The notes: generated by a model from the sequence alone, not told the origin. Positions 21,563-32,607 are shown, counted from the first letter of the stretch. The stretch: 36,167 nucleotides of DNA from Elainellaceae cyanobacterium (GCA_051117555.1 JBNPEG010000225.1:5562-41728); one strand, 5' to 3'. Numbers and translations: made by a program.

Positions 21563-21927
21563 TAAAGCACCTCCGGAGCCAGTGAGACAATTTTTGTGAA
21601 ATTCTTATCCCTCAGTTCACGGGCAACGGGGCCAAAAACTCGTGTTCCACGAGGGTTTCCTTCAGGGTTGATAATGACGGCAGCATTATCATCAAAGCGA
21701 ATACTCATACCGCTTTCACGTCTTAGACCTTTGCGAGTTCGGACAATAACGGCGCGGACAATGTCAGACTTCTTGACAGCCATATTGGGCAGCGCATCTT
21801 TAACGACAGCGATAATGACATCGCCAACACCGGCGTATCGGCGGTTGCCGCCAAGGACGCGAATGCACATTAATTTGCGAGCACCGCTATTATCTGCGAC
21901 ATTTAAGTATGATTCTTGCTGGATCAT
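21562..21927 (-). CDS. rplN: 50S ribosomal protein L14
   Basis: [16 protein letters not shown]...SLAPEVL. Confidence 0.98.
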   Translation of the reverse strand: MIQQESYLNVADNSGARKLMCIRVLGGNRRYAGVGDVIIAVVKDALPNMAVKKSDIVRAVIVRTRKGLRRESGMSIRFDDNAAVIINPEGNPRGTRVFGPVARELRDKNFTKIVSLAPEVL

Positions 21928-21982
21928 GGCAAATCTCCTGATTTCCCAGGTAATTCATAAATTGGCGGCAAATTGACAGCCA

Positions 21983-22234
21983 CTACGCTCCGGTAGCAGC
22001 TTTGAGAATATCGGTCACGACCCAACGCTTAGTACGGCTCAGAGGGCGCGTTTCTTGGATACGAACGCGATCGCCAACTTTGCACTGGTTCTCCTCATCA
22101 TGAACCTTATAACGCTTAGTCCGAACCATGATTTTTCGATACTTGGGATGAGGAACACGGTTCTCGATGGCTACCACCACCGTCTTATCCATTTTGTCGC
22201 TAACGACCAAACCTACTCTCTCTTTAACAGGCAT
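21983..22234 (-). CDS. rpsQ: 30S ribosomal protein S17
   Basis: [25 protein letters not shown]. Confidence 0.98.
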   Translation of the reverse strand: MPVKERVGLVVSDKMDKTVVVAIENRVPHPKYRKIMVRTKRYKVHDEENQCKVGDRVRIQETRPLSRTKRWVVTDILKAATGA

Positions 22235-22240
22235 AGGACT

Positions 22241-22519
22241 CTACTCCTTCTCCGACATATCTGGCTCTGGACTGGAAATCTCTGAGGAGCTTGCAGAGTC
22301 ATATTTCTGCTCAGACACTGCTTCCATTTGCCTCTCACGTTCAACCGTCATAAGCTGTGCAAGACGGTGACGAGCATGCTTAAACTGATGGGTCTGCTCA
22401 AGCTGACGAGTCGCTTTTTGAAATCGCAAATCAAAGAGCTGTTTCTTGACAGCGACAATTTCTTCGAGAAGCTCCTCGTCACTAAAGCCCCTGATACTTT
22501 CAATCTTAGACAATGACAT
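22241..22519 (-). CDS. rpmC: 50S ribosomal protein L29 (with Ser/acidic C-terminal tail)
   Basis: [28 protein letters not shown]; position between rplP and rpsQ. Confidence 0.95.
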   Translation of the reverse strand: MSLSKIESIRGFSDEELLEEIVAVKKQLFDLRFQKATRQLEQTHQFKHARHRLAQLMTVERERQMEAVSEQKYDSASSSEISSPEPDMSEKE

Positions 22520-22522
22520 AAC

Positions 22523-22942
22523 CTATGAATCCTCCGACTCACGGGCAATAAACTTCGTTTTAATAGGTAACTTGTATGCAGCTAAACGCATTGCCTCTCG
22601 AGCAGTTGCTTCAGGCACGCCTGCAATTTCAAACAAGATTCGTCCAGGCTTAACAACTGCAACCCAGTATTCTGGATTTCCCTTACCTGACCCCATTCGA
22701 GTCTCTGCAGGGCGCATCGTTACAGGCTTATCAGGAAAAATCCGAATCCAAATTTTTCCTCCCCGGCGAATATAGCGTGTCATGGCGCGACGCCCTGCCT
22801 CAATCTGACGAGACGTAATCCAGGCTGGCTCCAGCGACTGGAGCGCAAAATCACCAAAACTTAATGTATTACCCCGAGTCGCTAACCCTCTCATGCGACC
22901 TCGATGCTGCTTACGAAATTTTGTTCTTCTTGGACTTAGCAT
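22523..22942 (-). CDS. rplP: 50S ribosomal protein L16
   Basis: [22 protein letters not shown]. Confidence 0.98.
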   Translation of the reverse strand: MLSPRRTKFRKQHRGRMRGLATRGNTLSFGDFALQSLEPAWITSRQIEAGRRAMTRYIRRGGKIWIRIFPDKPVTMRPAETRMGSGKGNPEYWVAVVKPGRILFEIAGVPEATAREAMRLAAYKLPIKTKFIARESEDS

Positions 22943-23013
22943 GATTCAAAACCTTATCTAGCTTGGGTTTCCCAGCCCCACTGGTATCAAATATTAAGTG
23001 AATGCTCAATGGT

Positions 23014-23745
23014 CTAACTTTCGTTAGATCGATCTTCAAACTGTTGACGGCGACGCTGTTGACGACGACGGGGTTGAACATTACTCGACGCAGCAGGTTC
23101 AGGTTGACCTGGAATAATCTCGCCTTTAAATACCCAAACTTTTACTCCCAAAACACCATAAATTGTCTGCGCAGTGCAGTAAGCATAATCAATATCTGCG
23201 CGCAATGTATGAAGGGGGACCTTTCCCTCTCGGGTGTATTCAGTACGCGCGATCTCCGCTCCGTTAAGGCGACCACTGACTTGAACCTTGATGCCCTCAA
23301 CTCCTGCTCGCTGAGCCCGCTGAATTGCCTGACGGATTACGCGTCTGAATGAAACTCGTCGCTCTAGCTGCTGGGCAATATATTCTGCAATCAACGCAGC
23401 GTCGGCATCGACCCGAGTCACTTCAACTACGTTGATACGAATTTGCCGATTAGTATCCCCAAGTTTTTTTTGTAGCCCTGTACGAAGTGCGTCGATGCCA
23501 GAACCGCCCCGTCCTACGACGACACCAGGACGAGCAGTCCGAACCTCTAAATCAATTTGATCTGCTTTCCGCTCGACACGAACTTCAGAAATTCCGGCAT
23601 TGCTGAGGTTCTTCGTGATAAACTCACGAATTTTATGATCCTCTTGCAAGAGTGCAGGATAGCGCTGAGTGTCAGCAAACCATCGGGAACGATGGTCTTG
23701 AGTAATGCCTAAACGAAAACCAATTGGATGAATCTTCTGTCCCAC
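23014..23745 (-). CDS. rpsC: 30S ribosomal protein S3
   Basis: [35 protein letters not shown]. Confidence 0.98.
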   Translation of the reverse strand: MGQKIHPIGFRLGITQDHRSRWFADTQRYPALLQEDHKIREFITKNLSNAGISEVRVERKADQIDLEVRTARPGVVVGRGGSGIDALRTGLQKKLGDTNRQIRINVVEVTRVDADAALIAEYIAQQLERRVSFRRVIRQAIQRAQRAGVEGIKVQVSGRLNGAEIARTEYTREGKVPLHTLRADIDYAYCTAQTIYGVLGVKVWVFKGEIIPGQPEPAASSNVQPRRRQQRRRQQFEDRSNES

Positions 23746-23782
23746 TGTATGTCCTCTAACGTTGTCGTCCTATGAAATGTGA

Positions 23783-24154
23783 CTATGCTTCCGCCTCTTC
23801 CTCACCTGGGGCTACGGCGACCGTAATATGGCAAGTCGGCTTACGAATTTGATACGCCCGCCCCTGAGCTCTAGGACGATAACGCCTAAAGACTGGACCC
23901 TGATCCGCATATGCACGAGTCACAATTAAATCAGCAGGAGAATATCCTTCGTTGTGCTCGGCATTAGCGACTGCTGAGCGCAGTACCTTCAAAACTGGCT
24001 CGCAAGCACGATACGGCATGAACTCGAGTATGATGAGGGCGTCCCGATACGATCGCCCACGAATTTGATCGAGCACCCGGCGAACCTTATGAGGGGACAT
24101 CCGAATATAACGAGCAACCGCTTTGACTTCGTTTTGAGTAGTGCTTACAGCCAT
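23783..24154 (-). CDS. rplV: 50S ribosomal protein L22
   Basis: [27 protein letters not shown]. Confidence 0.98.
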   Translation of the reverse strand: MAVSTTQNEVKAVARYIRMSPHKVRRVLDQIRGRSYRDALIILEFMPYRACEPVLKVLRSAVANAEHNEGYSPADLIVTRAYADQGPVFRRYRPRAQGRAYQIRKPTCHITVAVAPGEEEAEA

Positions 24155-24234
24155 ACCTCTCTCCTCTGATTTTCTAAAGTTAGAGAATCAGCTGAACGAT
24201 AACGTTTTAGACAGCCGGGCCAGCGAGCTAGCAT

Positions 24235-24513
24235 TTAACGGCGCGCCTTCTTATCGCTCTTAGCGTGACCTCTGAATGTACGAGTTGGAGCAAATTCTCC
24301 CAACTTATGCCCAACCATTTGTTCTGTCACATACACGGGAACATGCTGACGCCCATTGTGAACAGCAATTGTATGACCAATCATTTGGGGAAGGATGGTG
24401 GAAGCCCTTGACCACGTCTTGATGACCTGCTTATCACCCTTGACATTGAGAGCTTCTATTTTCTTCATTAGATGGTCGGCAACGAATGGACCCTTTTTGA
24501 GAGAGCGAGCCAT
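24235..24513 (-). CDS. rpsS: 30S ribosomal protein S19
   Basis: [30 protein letters not shown]. Confidence 0.98.
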   Translation of the reverse strand: MARSLKKGPFVADHLMKKIEALNVKGDKQVIKTWSRASTILPQMIGHTIAVHNGRQHVPVYVTEQMVGHKLGEFAPTRTFRGHAKSDKKARR

Positions 24514-24553
24514 ACCTTTTACCTCAGCATTAACTAGCAACTAAAATCAAAAA

Positions 24554-25417
24554 CTATGCATTACGCCCTCCGCGACCGCGCTTAGAAGAGCGCCGCCGCC
24601 GCCGTACGATTAGAGCGTCGCTAAGCTTCTTGCGCTTCCGAGTCTTATATCCTAGAGTCGGCTTGCCCCAGGGCGTCACAGGACCACTTCGTCCAATAGG
24701 GGCGCGTCCTTCACCACCACCATGAGGATGGTCAACAGGGTTCATGACGCTACCTCTGACTTCGGGGCGACGACCTTTCCAACGCTTGCGCCCTGCTTTC
24801 CCGAGACTAAGATTACGAACATCGGCATTCCCGACCTGCCCAATCGTGGCATAACACTCTCGTCGGATCATGCGAACTTCGCTTGACGGAAGCTTCAGTG
24901 TTACAAAGTTTCCCTCTTTTGCGACAACTTGGGCAGATGCACCTGCCGCCCGAACGACCTGTCCACCACGCCCAGGAATAAGCTCAACATTGTGGACGAG
25001 TGTTCCAAGAGGAATATTACCTAGCGGAAGGGCGTTACCCACCTCAAAGGGGGCGTCAGGTCCTGAAACGATCGTGGCTCCAATCAGTAGATTGGCAGGT
25101 TGGATGATATAGCGCTTTTCACCATCTACATAATGTAAAAGCGCAACCCGAGCATTTCGGTTAGGGTCGTATTCGATAGCGGCAACTTTGGCAGGAATAT
25201 TGCGCTTATCACGACGAAAATCAACAACTCGATAGCGTCTCTTATGTCCACCTCCACGATGGCGGCAGGTAATTACGCCGCGATTGTTGCGTCCCTTAGG
25301 ACGATGCACGGATCGAGTTAGAGACTTCTCTGGCTTATCGCGAGTTACCTCAGAAAAATCTGAAACCACTCGCTCACGCGTGCCGGGAGTATAAGGTCGA
25401 TAATAGCGAATGCCCAT
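24554..25417 (-). CDS. rplB: 50S ribosomal protein L2
   Basis: [29 protein letters not shown]. Confidence 0.98.
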   Translation of the reverse strand: MGIRYYRPYTPGTRERVVSDFSEVTRDKPEKSLTRSVHRPKGRNNRGVITCRHRGGGHKRRYRVVDFRRDKRNIPAKVAAIEYDPNRNARVALLHYVDGEKRYIIQPANLLIGATIVSGPDAPFEVGNALPLGNIPLGTLVHNVELIPGRGGQVVRAAGASAQVVAKEGNFVTLKLPSSEVRMIRRECYATIGQVGNADVRNLSLGKAGRKRWKGRRPEVRGSVMNPVDHPHGGGEGRAPIGRSGPVTPWGKPTLGYKTRKRKKLSDALIVRRRRRSSKRGRGGRNA

Positions 25418-25509
25418 AATTAAGCTCTCAGTTCTAACTCTTCAATGCAGGTATGGCGATGATTGAGGGGTCTTATTGTCTAATGCAGCTATATAAACTC
25501 TATCCAGCA

Positions 25510-25821
25510 TTAAACTTCAGGGAATAGAGTGATTGAGTCATCGGGAGCAAGTGTCACAACTGCACGTTTATATTGAGGTTTGTATCCCATGAATCTCCCC
25601 ATGCGACGACGCTTGCGAGGCGGTTGTGACGTATTTACTCGGATGACCTTGACATTAAACAGATCTTCAATTGCCGCTTTGATTTCAGGCTTCGTTGCTT
25701 TTGGTGCGACTTCAAAAACATACTTATTTTCTTCTAAAAGAAGAGTCGCTTTCTCTGTAATGATTGGGCGACGAATCAAGTCAGGCAGACCCCGAGCATC
25801 AAATTTACTTGCCTTAGTCAC
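25510..25821 (-). CDS. rplW: 50S ribosomal protein L23
   Basis: [32 protein letters not shown] start overlapping the rplD end. Confidence 0.96.
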   Translation of the reverse strand: MTKASKFDARGLPDLIRRPIITEKATLLLEENKYVFEVAPKATKPEIKAAIEDLFNVKVIRVNTSQPPRKRRRMGRFMGYKPQYKRAVVTLAPDDSITLFPEV

Positions 25822-26446
25822 TGTAAACCTCCTGAACTTTGGAGAGAGCGGACGCAGTGGCAACAATTTGATCTGCCGCCAGCAGGTCATAAACATTGAG
25901 ATTGTTCGCTGAAATCAGCTTGACGTTGCTAAGGTTTCTCGCTGAGAGGTAAACATTCTCGTTCCGCTCAGAAACAATAAGCAGAATCTTTGAAGCATTA
26001 GATATTCCCCAGCGGGACATCGCGCTCACCAATTCTTTAGTTTGAGGCCGAGGCAGCTTGTCAGCAAAGTCTTCAACGATAATGAGATCGTCTGCACGAC
26101 TTTGAAACGCAGTGCGCAAGGCGAGACGTCTCTCCTTACGATTCATTTTGGTCGAATAGTCTCTCGGTTTAGGTCCGAAAATGACGCCCCCACCGCGCCA
26201 TAGGGGTGAACGACTCGAACCTGCACGTGCTCGACCTGTCCCTTTCTGCCTCCAAGGCTTACGCCCCCCACCTCGAACTTCTGCACGAGTTTTGGTTGAG
26301 GCTGTACCTTGACGAGCATTGCCGAGCTGCCGGGTGAGCGCCCGATACACGATGTGTGAGGCATTATCTTCCTTGGCTACTCGAAGGTCTAAAGAAGCTT
26401 GACCCACTTCTTCGCCTTGCCAATCTCGAACTACGCAGTCAACCAT
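25814..26446 (-). CDS. rplD: 50S ribosomal protein L4
   Basis: [32 protein letters not shown]. Confidence 0.98.
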   Translation of the reverse strand: MVDCVVRDWQGEEVGQASLDLRVAKEDNASHIVYRALTRQLGNARQGTASTKTRAEVRGGGRKPWRQKGTGRARAGSSRSPLWRGGGVIFGPKPRDYSTKMNRKERRLALRTAFQSRADDLIIVEDFADKLPRPQTKELVSAMSRWGISNASKILLIVSERNENVYLSARNLSNVKLISANNLNVYDLLAADQIVATASALSKVQEVYSD

Positions 26447-26536
26447 AACCTTTAACCTCTGCTGGACTGGTGGAGCTAAGCCTTTAGCTCTTAAGATTCT
26501 TGATACCGTATCTTTTCAATCTGCTTTGAATCAGAT

Positions 26537-27187
26537 TTATTTCGAACTAGATTTATTCCATTGCTTTGTAGGAGCAATATTTAGGAATGCACCTGGCTTA
26601 CCCGGAACAGCTCCTTTAATTAACAGGAGATTCCGCTCGGCATCAACTCGAACAATTTGGAGCTTTCGGATAGTCACACGACTACCACCTAGCCGACCGG
26701 CCATGCGTTTACCCGGATAGATTCGCCCTGGAGTTGTGCCTGCTCCGGTTGAACCCGGCAATCTATGATTTTTAGAGCCGTGCGCCATGGGGCCTCTTCG
26801 GAAGTTATGACGCTTCTGATAGCCCGCAAATCCGCGCCCGATGCTAACGCCTGTGACATCGACAAGCTGACCTGACTCAAACGCGTCTGCTGTAATCGAT
26901 TGACCTAGCTCAAAATCACCAGGGGCATCCGATACTCGATATTCACGCAAATATCGCAAAGGTGAAGCTCCAGACTTGGCAAGATGCCCCAGCTTGGGCT
27001 GGTTTAGAGCCTTAGCAGTAACGTCGCCATAGCCAACTTGGATGGCAGAATATCCATCCGTTTGCTCAGTTTTGATCTGGGTAACGGTGCAGGGCCCTGC
27101 TTGAACGACGGTTACAGGAATCGCTCTTCCCTCGTCGTCAAAGACTTGGGTCATGCCAAGTTTTGTGCCGAGAATACCTACAGACAC
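26537..27187 (-). CDS. rplC: 50S ribosomal protein L3
   Basis: [28 protein letters not shown]. Confidence 0.98.
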   Translation of the reverse strand: MSVGILGTKLGMTQVFDDEGRAIPVTVVQAGPCTVTQIKTEQTDGYSAIQVGYGDVTAKALNQPKLGHLAKSGASPLRYLREYRVSDAPGDFELGQSITADAFESGQLVDVTGVSIGRGFAGYQKRHNFRRGPMAHGSKNHRLPGSTGAGTTPGRIYPGKRMAGRLGGSRVTIRKLQIVRVDAERNLLLIKGAVPGKPGAFLNIAPTKQWNKSSSK

Positions 27188-27649
27188 GATGGGGAATCTC
27201 CCTAACTTTACACATTAAGTACAAACAGGCGTGGCGATCGCCCTGCCAACTGATACTCAATCGAATGACTGAGCAGCATTGACGCGCGAAAGCAGCTGCA
27301 AAGCTACAGACAAGCCAGCCCAATTGAAACTCGCAAGACCTTAGCCAGCTCAAGGAACGCGAAAGACACTCAAACCTAAAGCACTGGCTATAATATGTGC
27401 CGGGACTTAAATAGATAGCAGAATTATCTACTCAGTATCCCAAAGTTGCGGTACCGACATTCCATCCTTAACTCGTTTAAGTCACCGAAAGCCAAGCTTT
27501 CAGCTCTGCATCAGGGAATGCCCGGAATGAATCAGCAGCATCTTTAATGATTCATTCTAAAGTCTAGCTAAAAAATCAGGAAAAGCAGTGAATGCTTGAC
27601 ATCTGATATTCTCAGCTAGCCGCAACCGGAATTTTGGCGACAATAAAAC

Positions 27650-27678
27650 AATATAAACCATATCAATGGACTTGTCTA
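27650..27678 (-). promoter_or_regulatory. Candidate sigma70-type promoter of the ribosomal protein operon
   Basis: Minus strand TAGACA-N17-TATATT. Confidence 0.55.
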
Positions 27679-28003
27679 CAAAATCTCGAATTTTTTTGGG
27701 AGTCCTTGATATTCTTGATTTTGAGAGCCCGCTTATTATTTTTGAATGCAAGTTAATCTGAACCTATCGATCGGCTTATAAATCTAAATCGATCGTGAAT
27801 TGATGGGCGATCGCGTTGGTGCTTATACTAAGTCATATATTTGTTAAGGGAATTTGTATAGACAGGCATCCGATATCGCTTTACTGGGATTCGTGTAAAT
27901 TCCAGACGAATATTCGCAAGCATTGAGCGCCTGTTTAGCCAAGTTTAAGCACCTAATCCGCGTTATTGACCTTAACCATATTGGACAAATATTGGACAAG
28001 TCT

Positions 28004-28480
28004 ATGGCACTTATTACGACTGGAAAACCATTCATCCGTGATTTGGAGCGGGTAGGAGCATTAGGAGTTTATGTTCCCATGGAAGGGGGGCATGAAGGTC
28101 GATACCAGCGCCGCTTGCGAGCAACAGGATATGAAGTCCTTCACATTACGGCTCGGGGATTGGGCGATTTGTCGGCGTATCTGTTAGACGTGCATGGTGT
28201 GCGCCCTGCCCATCTGGGCAAAAAGGATATTGAGCGAGGGGCGGCTGTTGGGTATCGATATTATGTGCCGCCTTTGGCTAAATACCAGCTTGAGCAATTC
28301 TCATCTACGTCAAAAGGTCTGGCAATTTGGCTTCTTGAAGGGATGATTCTTTCCCGGCAGGAGCTAGAGTTTTTGGTTACCTTACCCCAGTCAGAACCCA
28401 AGTTAAAGGTTGTGATTGAGATGGGGGGCGATCGCCAGTTTCGTTGGATGCCGTTGCAAGATATTTTGTCTGCTGCTTAG
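28004..28480 (+). CDS. ndhN: NAD(P)H-quinone oxidoreductase (NDH-1) subunit N
   Basis: MALITTGKPFIRDLE..GALGVYVPMEGGHEGRYQRRLRATGY..TARGLGDL..HGVRPAHLGK. Confidence 0.93.
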   Translation: MALITTGKPFIRDLERVGALGVYVPMEGGHEGRYQRRLRATGYEVLHITARGLGDLSAYLLDVHGVRPAHLGKKDIERGAAVGYRYYVPPLAKYQLEQFSSTSKGLAIWLLEGMILSRQELEFLVTLPQSEPKLKVVIEMGGDRQFRWMPLQDILSAA

Positions 28481-28697
28481 CACGGGCGCTCCCGTCTGCT
28501 CAGTGTTCTGGGCAAGAAAAAATACCTGGCTGAGTCCTTTTCGTCACCAGATTCAGAGTCTCGATCTAATCAGGGTCACTACATGTGGGATCGCTGATGG
28601 GAACGATATTTTGTACGTTTGAGGATTCTCTAGTTTGTAGTAGACTAAGGGGCAAATCGGACTAACCATTTCCGAATTAACCTATTAGTATGTAAGG

Positions 28698-30014
28698 GTG
28701 ATTACCTTGTACCGTCCCTTACGTTCCCTAAGGGAGGGCAACTGGTTCAAACTGATTTGTGGAGCCAGCTTCCAAAACCTCCCTGCGATTCGAAACCTTG
28801 CGTTAGCATATGCCCTGGCGGGGGCTGATTGTATAGATGTGGCAGCAGACCCGGCGGTGGTTGCTTCTGCTTCGGAAGGAATTCAGTCTGCTAAGGGCCT
28901 CCTAGATGACGCTCGGATTCGGGGGTTTGGGTCTGCTAAGCTGCCATGGTTGATGGTAAGCCTCAATGATGGTGAAGATCCTCATTTTCGGAAGGCAAAA
29001 TTTGACGCTACAGCTTGCCCTTCTGACTGTCGCCGTCCCTGCGAATTAATTTGCCCAGCGCACGCCATCATTTTGGATTCGCGCAACGGGCATGTGTCAG
29101 GCGGAGTCTTGAGCGATCGCTGTTACGGATGCGGTCGCTGTTTGCCCATTTGCCCGATTCAACATATTCAAACTCAATCCTACGTAACGCCTCCGGCTGC
29201 CTTGATGCCGTTGATGGTGGCAGGCGTTGATGCTGTTGAGATTCATACTCAGATAGGGCGAATTGACGCATTTAGACAGGTCTGGAATGCGATCGCCCCC
29301 TTTGCTCATCACCTCAAGCTTGTCGCAATTAGCTGCCAAGACGGAGACGGGTTGATTGATTATCTCCGGGCACTCTGGGACATCGTGTCTCCCTTGCCGT
29401 GCTCCCTGCTTTGGCAAACGGATGGTAGACCCATGAGTGGTGACATTGGCGATGGGACAACCCATGCGGCCATTCGCTTGAGCCAAAAGGTGCTAAACGC
29501 GGGGTTGCCCGGATATATTCAGCTTGCTGGAGGCACCAATCACCACACCGTGCCTAAGCTGAAACAGCTTGGCATGCTGAATCTCGATGATAGAAACTTC
29601 GGGTCATCCTGGCGATCGCTCGAAACCGCACACCATTCAGCTAGGCAGATCGTTAATCAGACTGAAATTATTCTGCCACTCTCCGATTTGTCTCAAAAAG
29701 AAAGCAACTCTGCTAGTTCCTCCCAACACGTTTCTGGAGTAGCATACGGCAGTTTTGCCCGGGCTTTATTATCCCCTGTTTTGGAAAAATTAGAGAAAAT
29801 GAGTACTAATGTCCTGGAGTGTTCTCGTTCACCGATTGCTGCGTCCGTGTCAACTGTTCCATCACCTGACTCAATGCATCTAACCCCGTCTTCGTTTTCC
29901 CCGATGCATCTGGAAACCTTTCCAGATTTGTTATGGCAGGCCGTTTCGCTTGCAGATTCTCTAACATCTCAACTCAAATTGCCCATGACATCCCGGACAG
30001 ATGAACCCAATTAG
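28698..30014 (+). CDS. ldpA: Circadian-input iron-sulfur protein LdpA
   Basis: WFKLICGAS, DGEDPHFRKA, two 4Fe-4S motifs (CPSDCRRPCELICP, CYGCGRCLPICP), QTDGRPMSGDIG, QLAGGTN. Confidence 0.92.
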   Translation: MITLYRPLRSLREGNWFKLICGASFQNLPAIRNLALAYALAGADCIDVAADPAVVASASEGIQSAKGLLDDARIRGFGSAKLPWLMVSLNDGEDPHFRKAKFDATACPSDCRRPCELICPAHAIILDSRNGHVSGGVLSDRCYGCGRCLPICPIQHIQTQSYVTPPAALMPLMVAGVDAVEIHTQIGRIDAFRQVWNAIAPFAHHLKLVAISCQDGDGLIDYLRALWDIVSPLPCSLLWQTDGRPMSGDIGDGTTHAAIRLSQKVLNAGLPGYIQLAGGTNHHTVPKLKQLGMLNLDDRNFGSSWRSLETAHHSARQIVNQTEIILPLSDLSQKESNSASSSQHVSGVAYGSFARALLSPVLEKLEKMSTNVLECSRSPIAASVSTVPSPDSMHLTPSSFSPMHLETFPDLLWQAVSLADSLTSQLKLPMTSRTDEPN

Positions 30015-30112
30015 TTTTTATTCATGTCACGTCAGAGGATGAGTTACCACATCTGACCAGGTTTCGTTTCATCGGCTTGAGATTCCTATTGGTCATTTAA
30101 TGATTAGTTCCC

Positions 30113-32014
30113 ATGACATTTAAAGGTAAGACCTTTCCGAGTAAGCCAGAGTTCTCTACACAGTCTGAAATGACAGATATCAGTCAATCTCAGCCTCTCG
30201 AATTAGTGGAGCAGACTCCGAATGACTTGCAACAGCTTTTAGAGATTTTGCCTGACCCAATACGCCAGCGGTTAGAGCAACACTCCCAACACGATAAGCT
30301 GATCGAAGTTGTGATGGATTTGGGACGCTATCCAGAGGCTCGCTTTCCTAATCATGTCGAATATTTGTCTGATACTCCGGTTTCAGACGATGATTTGTCA
30401 TATTGCATTAATCGAGTTGGTAGTTTCAGTGGTGATAACCGAGCAGGTATCGAACAAACTCTGCATCGGATCAGTGCCATTCGTAATCGTTCGGGCAAAG
30501 TTGTGGGCCTGACGTGTCGAGTAGGGAGAGCTATCTTTGGCACGATTGGGATGATTCGTGACCTCGTCGAAACAGGTCGATCGATTTTGATGCTAGGGCG
30601 ACCGGGAGTTGGCAAGACAACAGCGCTGCGAGAAATTGCCAGAGTCTTGGCCGATGAGTTAAATAAGCGCGTCGTGATTATCGATACGTCCAATGAAATT
30701 GCGGGAGATGGCGATATTCCTCATCCTGCGATTGGCCGAGCGCGGCGGATGCAGGTTTCACGCCCAGAGCTCCAGCATCAGGTGATGATTGAAGCGGTTG
30801 AAAATCATATGCCGGAGGTGATCGTCATCGATGAGATTGGCACCGAGCTAGAAGCCCTGGCAGCGCGGACGATTGCTGAGCGGGGTGTGCAACTGGTGGG
30901 CACGGCTCACGGTAACCGCATTGAGAATCTCATCAAAAATCCGACGCTATCTGATTTAGTGGGTGGAATTCAGTCAGTCACGTTAGGCGATGACGAAGCT
31001 CGGCGACGAGGAAGCCAGAAGAGTGTTTTGGAACGCAAAGCGCCGCCCACCTTCGAGATTGCGGTTGAAATGCTGGAACGGCAGCAGTGGGTCGTCCATG
31101 AGTGGGTCGCCGATACGGTGGATAGTTTACTCAGGGGACGACGCCCTAACCCACAGGTGCGCAGGTTGAATGAGTCAGGCAAAGTCGTGATAACTCATGA
31201 ACTGTCGGATTCAGCGATCGCCCAAGGATCTGCACCCACGAGTCGCCCAATTCCAACCAGCGACACTGCTAGCCGATTTGGATTATCGGGATGGCGAGCT
31301 TCGGGGCAGATGAGCCCAATGCCGTTGAGCGCTGGCGGAAGTTCGAGGAAGATATCGCCTCTGGATGCCTCATCGAGCCACGCGTACTCCGAACGGCAAC
31401 ACTTCGATCAATTGCTGAATGAGTCTCTCGATCGCTCGCTTGGGTATCCGCAAACGGATGGTAACGCCTTCACTGAGATCGCACCCATGATGGGGCCCAA
31501 CGGCGAAGAATTGCCGGCGCATATTTATCCCTATGGAGTGAGCCGTCAGCATCTTGACCATGTGATTCGGACGCTGAATTTGCCCGTTGTACTAACAAAA
31601 GACTTGGACAGTGCGGACGGGGTTGTAGCGTTGCGATCGCACGTTAAAAATCACTCCAAGCTGCGTCATATTGCCAAAGCTCGCCAGCTTCCAATTTATA
31701 CCGTGAAATCTAACAACATGCCGCAGATTATTCGTGCGCTCAAGCGCGTCTTGCGGATGGATGATGGCGGCAAGGGAGAACCGGTTAATCTCAGCTTGTT
31801 TTCGCGGAGTGGCGATGAGGATGAGATTGAGGCGTTAGAAGAAGCGCGATTAGCCGTGGAGCAAATCGTCATTCCGAAGGGGCAACCCGTCGAACTCTTA
31901 CCTCGCTCGGCGAAGGTTCGCAAAATGCAGCACGAACTGGTCGAGCATTATCGTCTAAAATCATCAAGCCTTGGGGAAGAACCCAATCGCAGATTGCGGA
32001 TTTTTCCGGCGTGA
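30113..32014 (+). CDS. ycf45: Ycf45-like AAA ATPase (SpoIIIAA-like) with C-terminal R3H domain
   Basis: GRPGVGKTT, VIIDTSNEIAGDGD, IVIDEIG; C-terminal R3H region PRSAKVRKMQHELV. Start could be a downstream Met. Confidence 0.88.
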   Translation: MTFKGKTFPSKPEFSTQSEMTDISQSQPLELVEQTPNDLQQLLEILPDPIRQRLEQHSQHDKLIEVVMDLGRYPEARFPNHVEYLSDTPVSDDDLSYCINRVGSFSGDNRAGIEQTLHRISAIRNRSGKVVGLTCRVGRAIFGTIGMIRDLVETGRSILMLGRPGVGKTTALREIARVLADELNKRVVIIDTSNEIAGDGDIPHPAIGRARRMQVSRPELQHQVMIEAVENHMPEVIVIDEIGTELEALAARTIAERGVQLVGTAHGNRIENLIKNPTLSDLVGGIQSVTLGDDEARRRGSQKSVLERKAPPTFEIAVEMLERQQWVVHEWVADTVDSLLRGRRPNPQVRRLNESGKVVITHELSDSAIAQGSAPTSRPIPTSDTASRFGLSGWRASGQMSPMPLSAGGSSRKISPLDASSSHAYSERQHFDQLLNESLDRSLGYPQTDGNAFTEIAPMMGPNGEELPAHIYPYGVSRQHLDHVIRTLNLPVVLTKDLDSADGVVALRSHVKNHSKLRHIAKARQLPIYTVKSNNMPQIIRALKRVLRMDDGGKGEPVNLSLFSRSGDEDEIEALEEARLAVEQIVIPKGQPVELLPRSAKVRKMQHELVEHYRLKSSSLGEEPNRRLRIFPA

Positions 32015-32025
32015 TGCTGCCCTGG

Positions 32026-32052
32026 TTGACTGACAAAAGATTTGTTAGTCAA
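32026..32052. terminator. Hairpin just after the ycf45 stop
   Basis: TTGACTGACAAA-AGA-TTTGTTAGTCAA 12-bp stem (one G-U). Confidence 0.45.
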
Positions 32053-32121
32053 TCAGGATGTTGCCCAATTCCCCTATCGGCATTGCTCATCGACGAATGA
32101 TTTTCGGAGGGTCAATAGCCC

Positions 32122-32159
32122 TATGGGCATGGCTTCGCTAAGGCATTGCCATGCCCATA
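32122..32159. repeat. REP-like GC-rich palindrome
   Basis: TATGGGCATGGC ... GCCATGCCCATA 12-bp perfect stem, 14-nt loop. Confidence 0.55.
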
Positions 32160-32199
32160 CAACGGGTGGTTGATGGGCTAGTGGTTTACCTATCATTCA

Positions 32200-32562
32200 T
32201 CAATTTCGCAACGTCGCCCTATCTACCAGGTTGGGGCGGCAAGGTTGGAACGAGTTGCTAATGTTCAAGATCCAAGGGTGTGTTGAGCCGATTAATCCGG
32301 TTGTGATGGCTTGATAGGGTGCGGTTTGCAGCCTTAATTCGGCTCGATCTGCACTCTCAATCTGCACTCTCAACATGTCGATCTGCGACCTCAATATGTC
32401 GATCTGCACTCTCAACACGTCGATCTGCGACCTCAATATGTCGATCTGCACTCTCAACACGTCGATCTGCGACCTCAATATGTCGATCTGCACTCTCAAC
32501 ACGTCGATCTGCGACCTTAGATCGACATGTTGTCGTCGCAGTTTAACGATCTGCGACCTCAA
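32200..32562 (-). CDS. Possible repeat-derived heptad coiled-coil ORF
   Basis: (LRSQIDV LRVQIDI)n; co-oriented and in frame with rpe. TTG start with no clear SD. Confidence 0.3.
   Translation of the reverse strand: MRSQIVKLRRQHVDLRSQIDVLRVQIDILRSQIDVLRVQIDILRSQIDVLRVQIDILRSQIDMLRVQIESADRAELRLQTAPYQAITTGLIGSTHPWILNISNSFQPCRPNLVDRATLRN
32344..32562. repeat. Tandem array of 21-bp units alternating as a 42-bp dimer
   Basis: TCGATCTGCGACCTCAATATG / TCGATCTGCACTCTCAACACG repeated exactly 3 times (32378-32503), with degenerate units on both flanks. Confidence 0.95.
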
Positions 32563-32607
32563 GGGAATAGACGCGACCGAGAGAGTCGCACTAGAGTCGA
32601 GGAAAGC

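Noticed and set aside
11070..26880. Numerous 60-133 aa antisense or alternate-frame ORFs within the ribosomal cluster
   Set aside because: Shadow ORFs overlapping well-conserved genes, with no recognisable motifs.
13039..27187. Absence of rpsJ, rpsN, rpmD and rpsD from the cluster
   Set aside because: Normal for cyanobacteria: rpsJ, rpsN and rpsD lie elsewhere and L30 is generally absent.
27138..27751. 71-aa and 64-aa minus-strand ORFs upstream of rplC as leader peptides or genes
   Set aside because: No SD or recognisable motifs. One overlaps rplC out of frame and the other spans the predicted promoter.
32344..32562. Tandem array as a CRISPR
   Set aside because: Units are contiguous 21-bp repeats with no unique spacers, and no cas genes are nearby.
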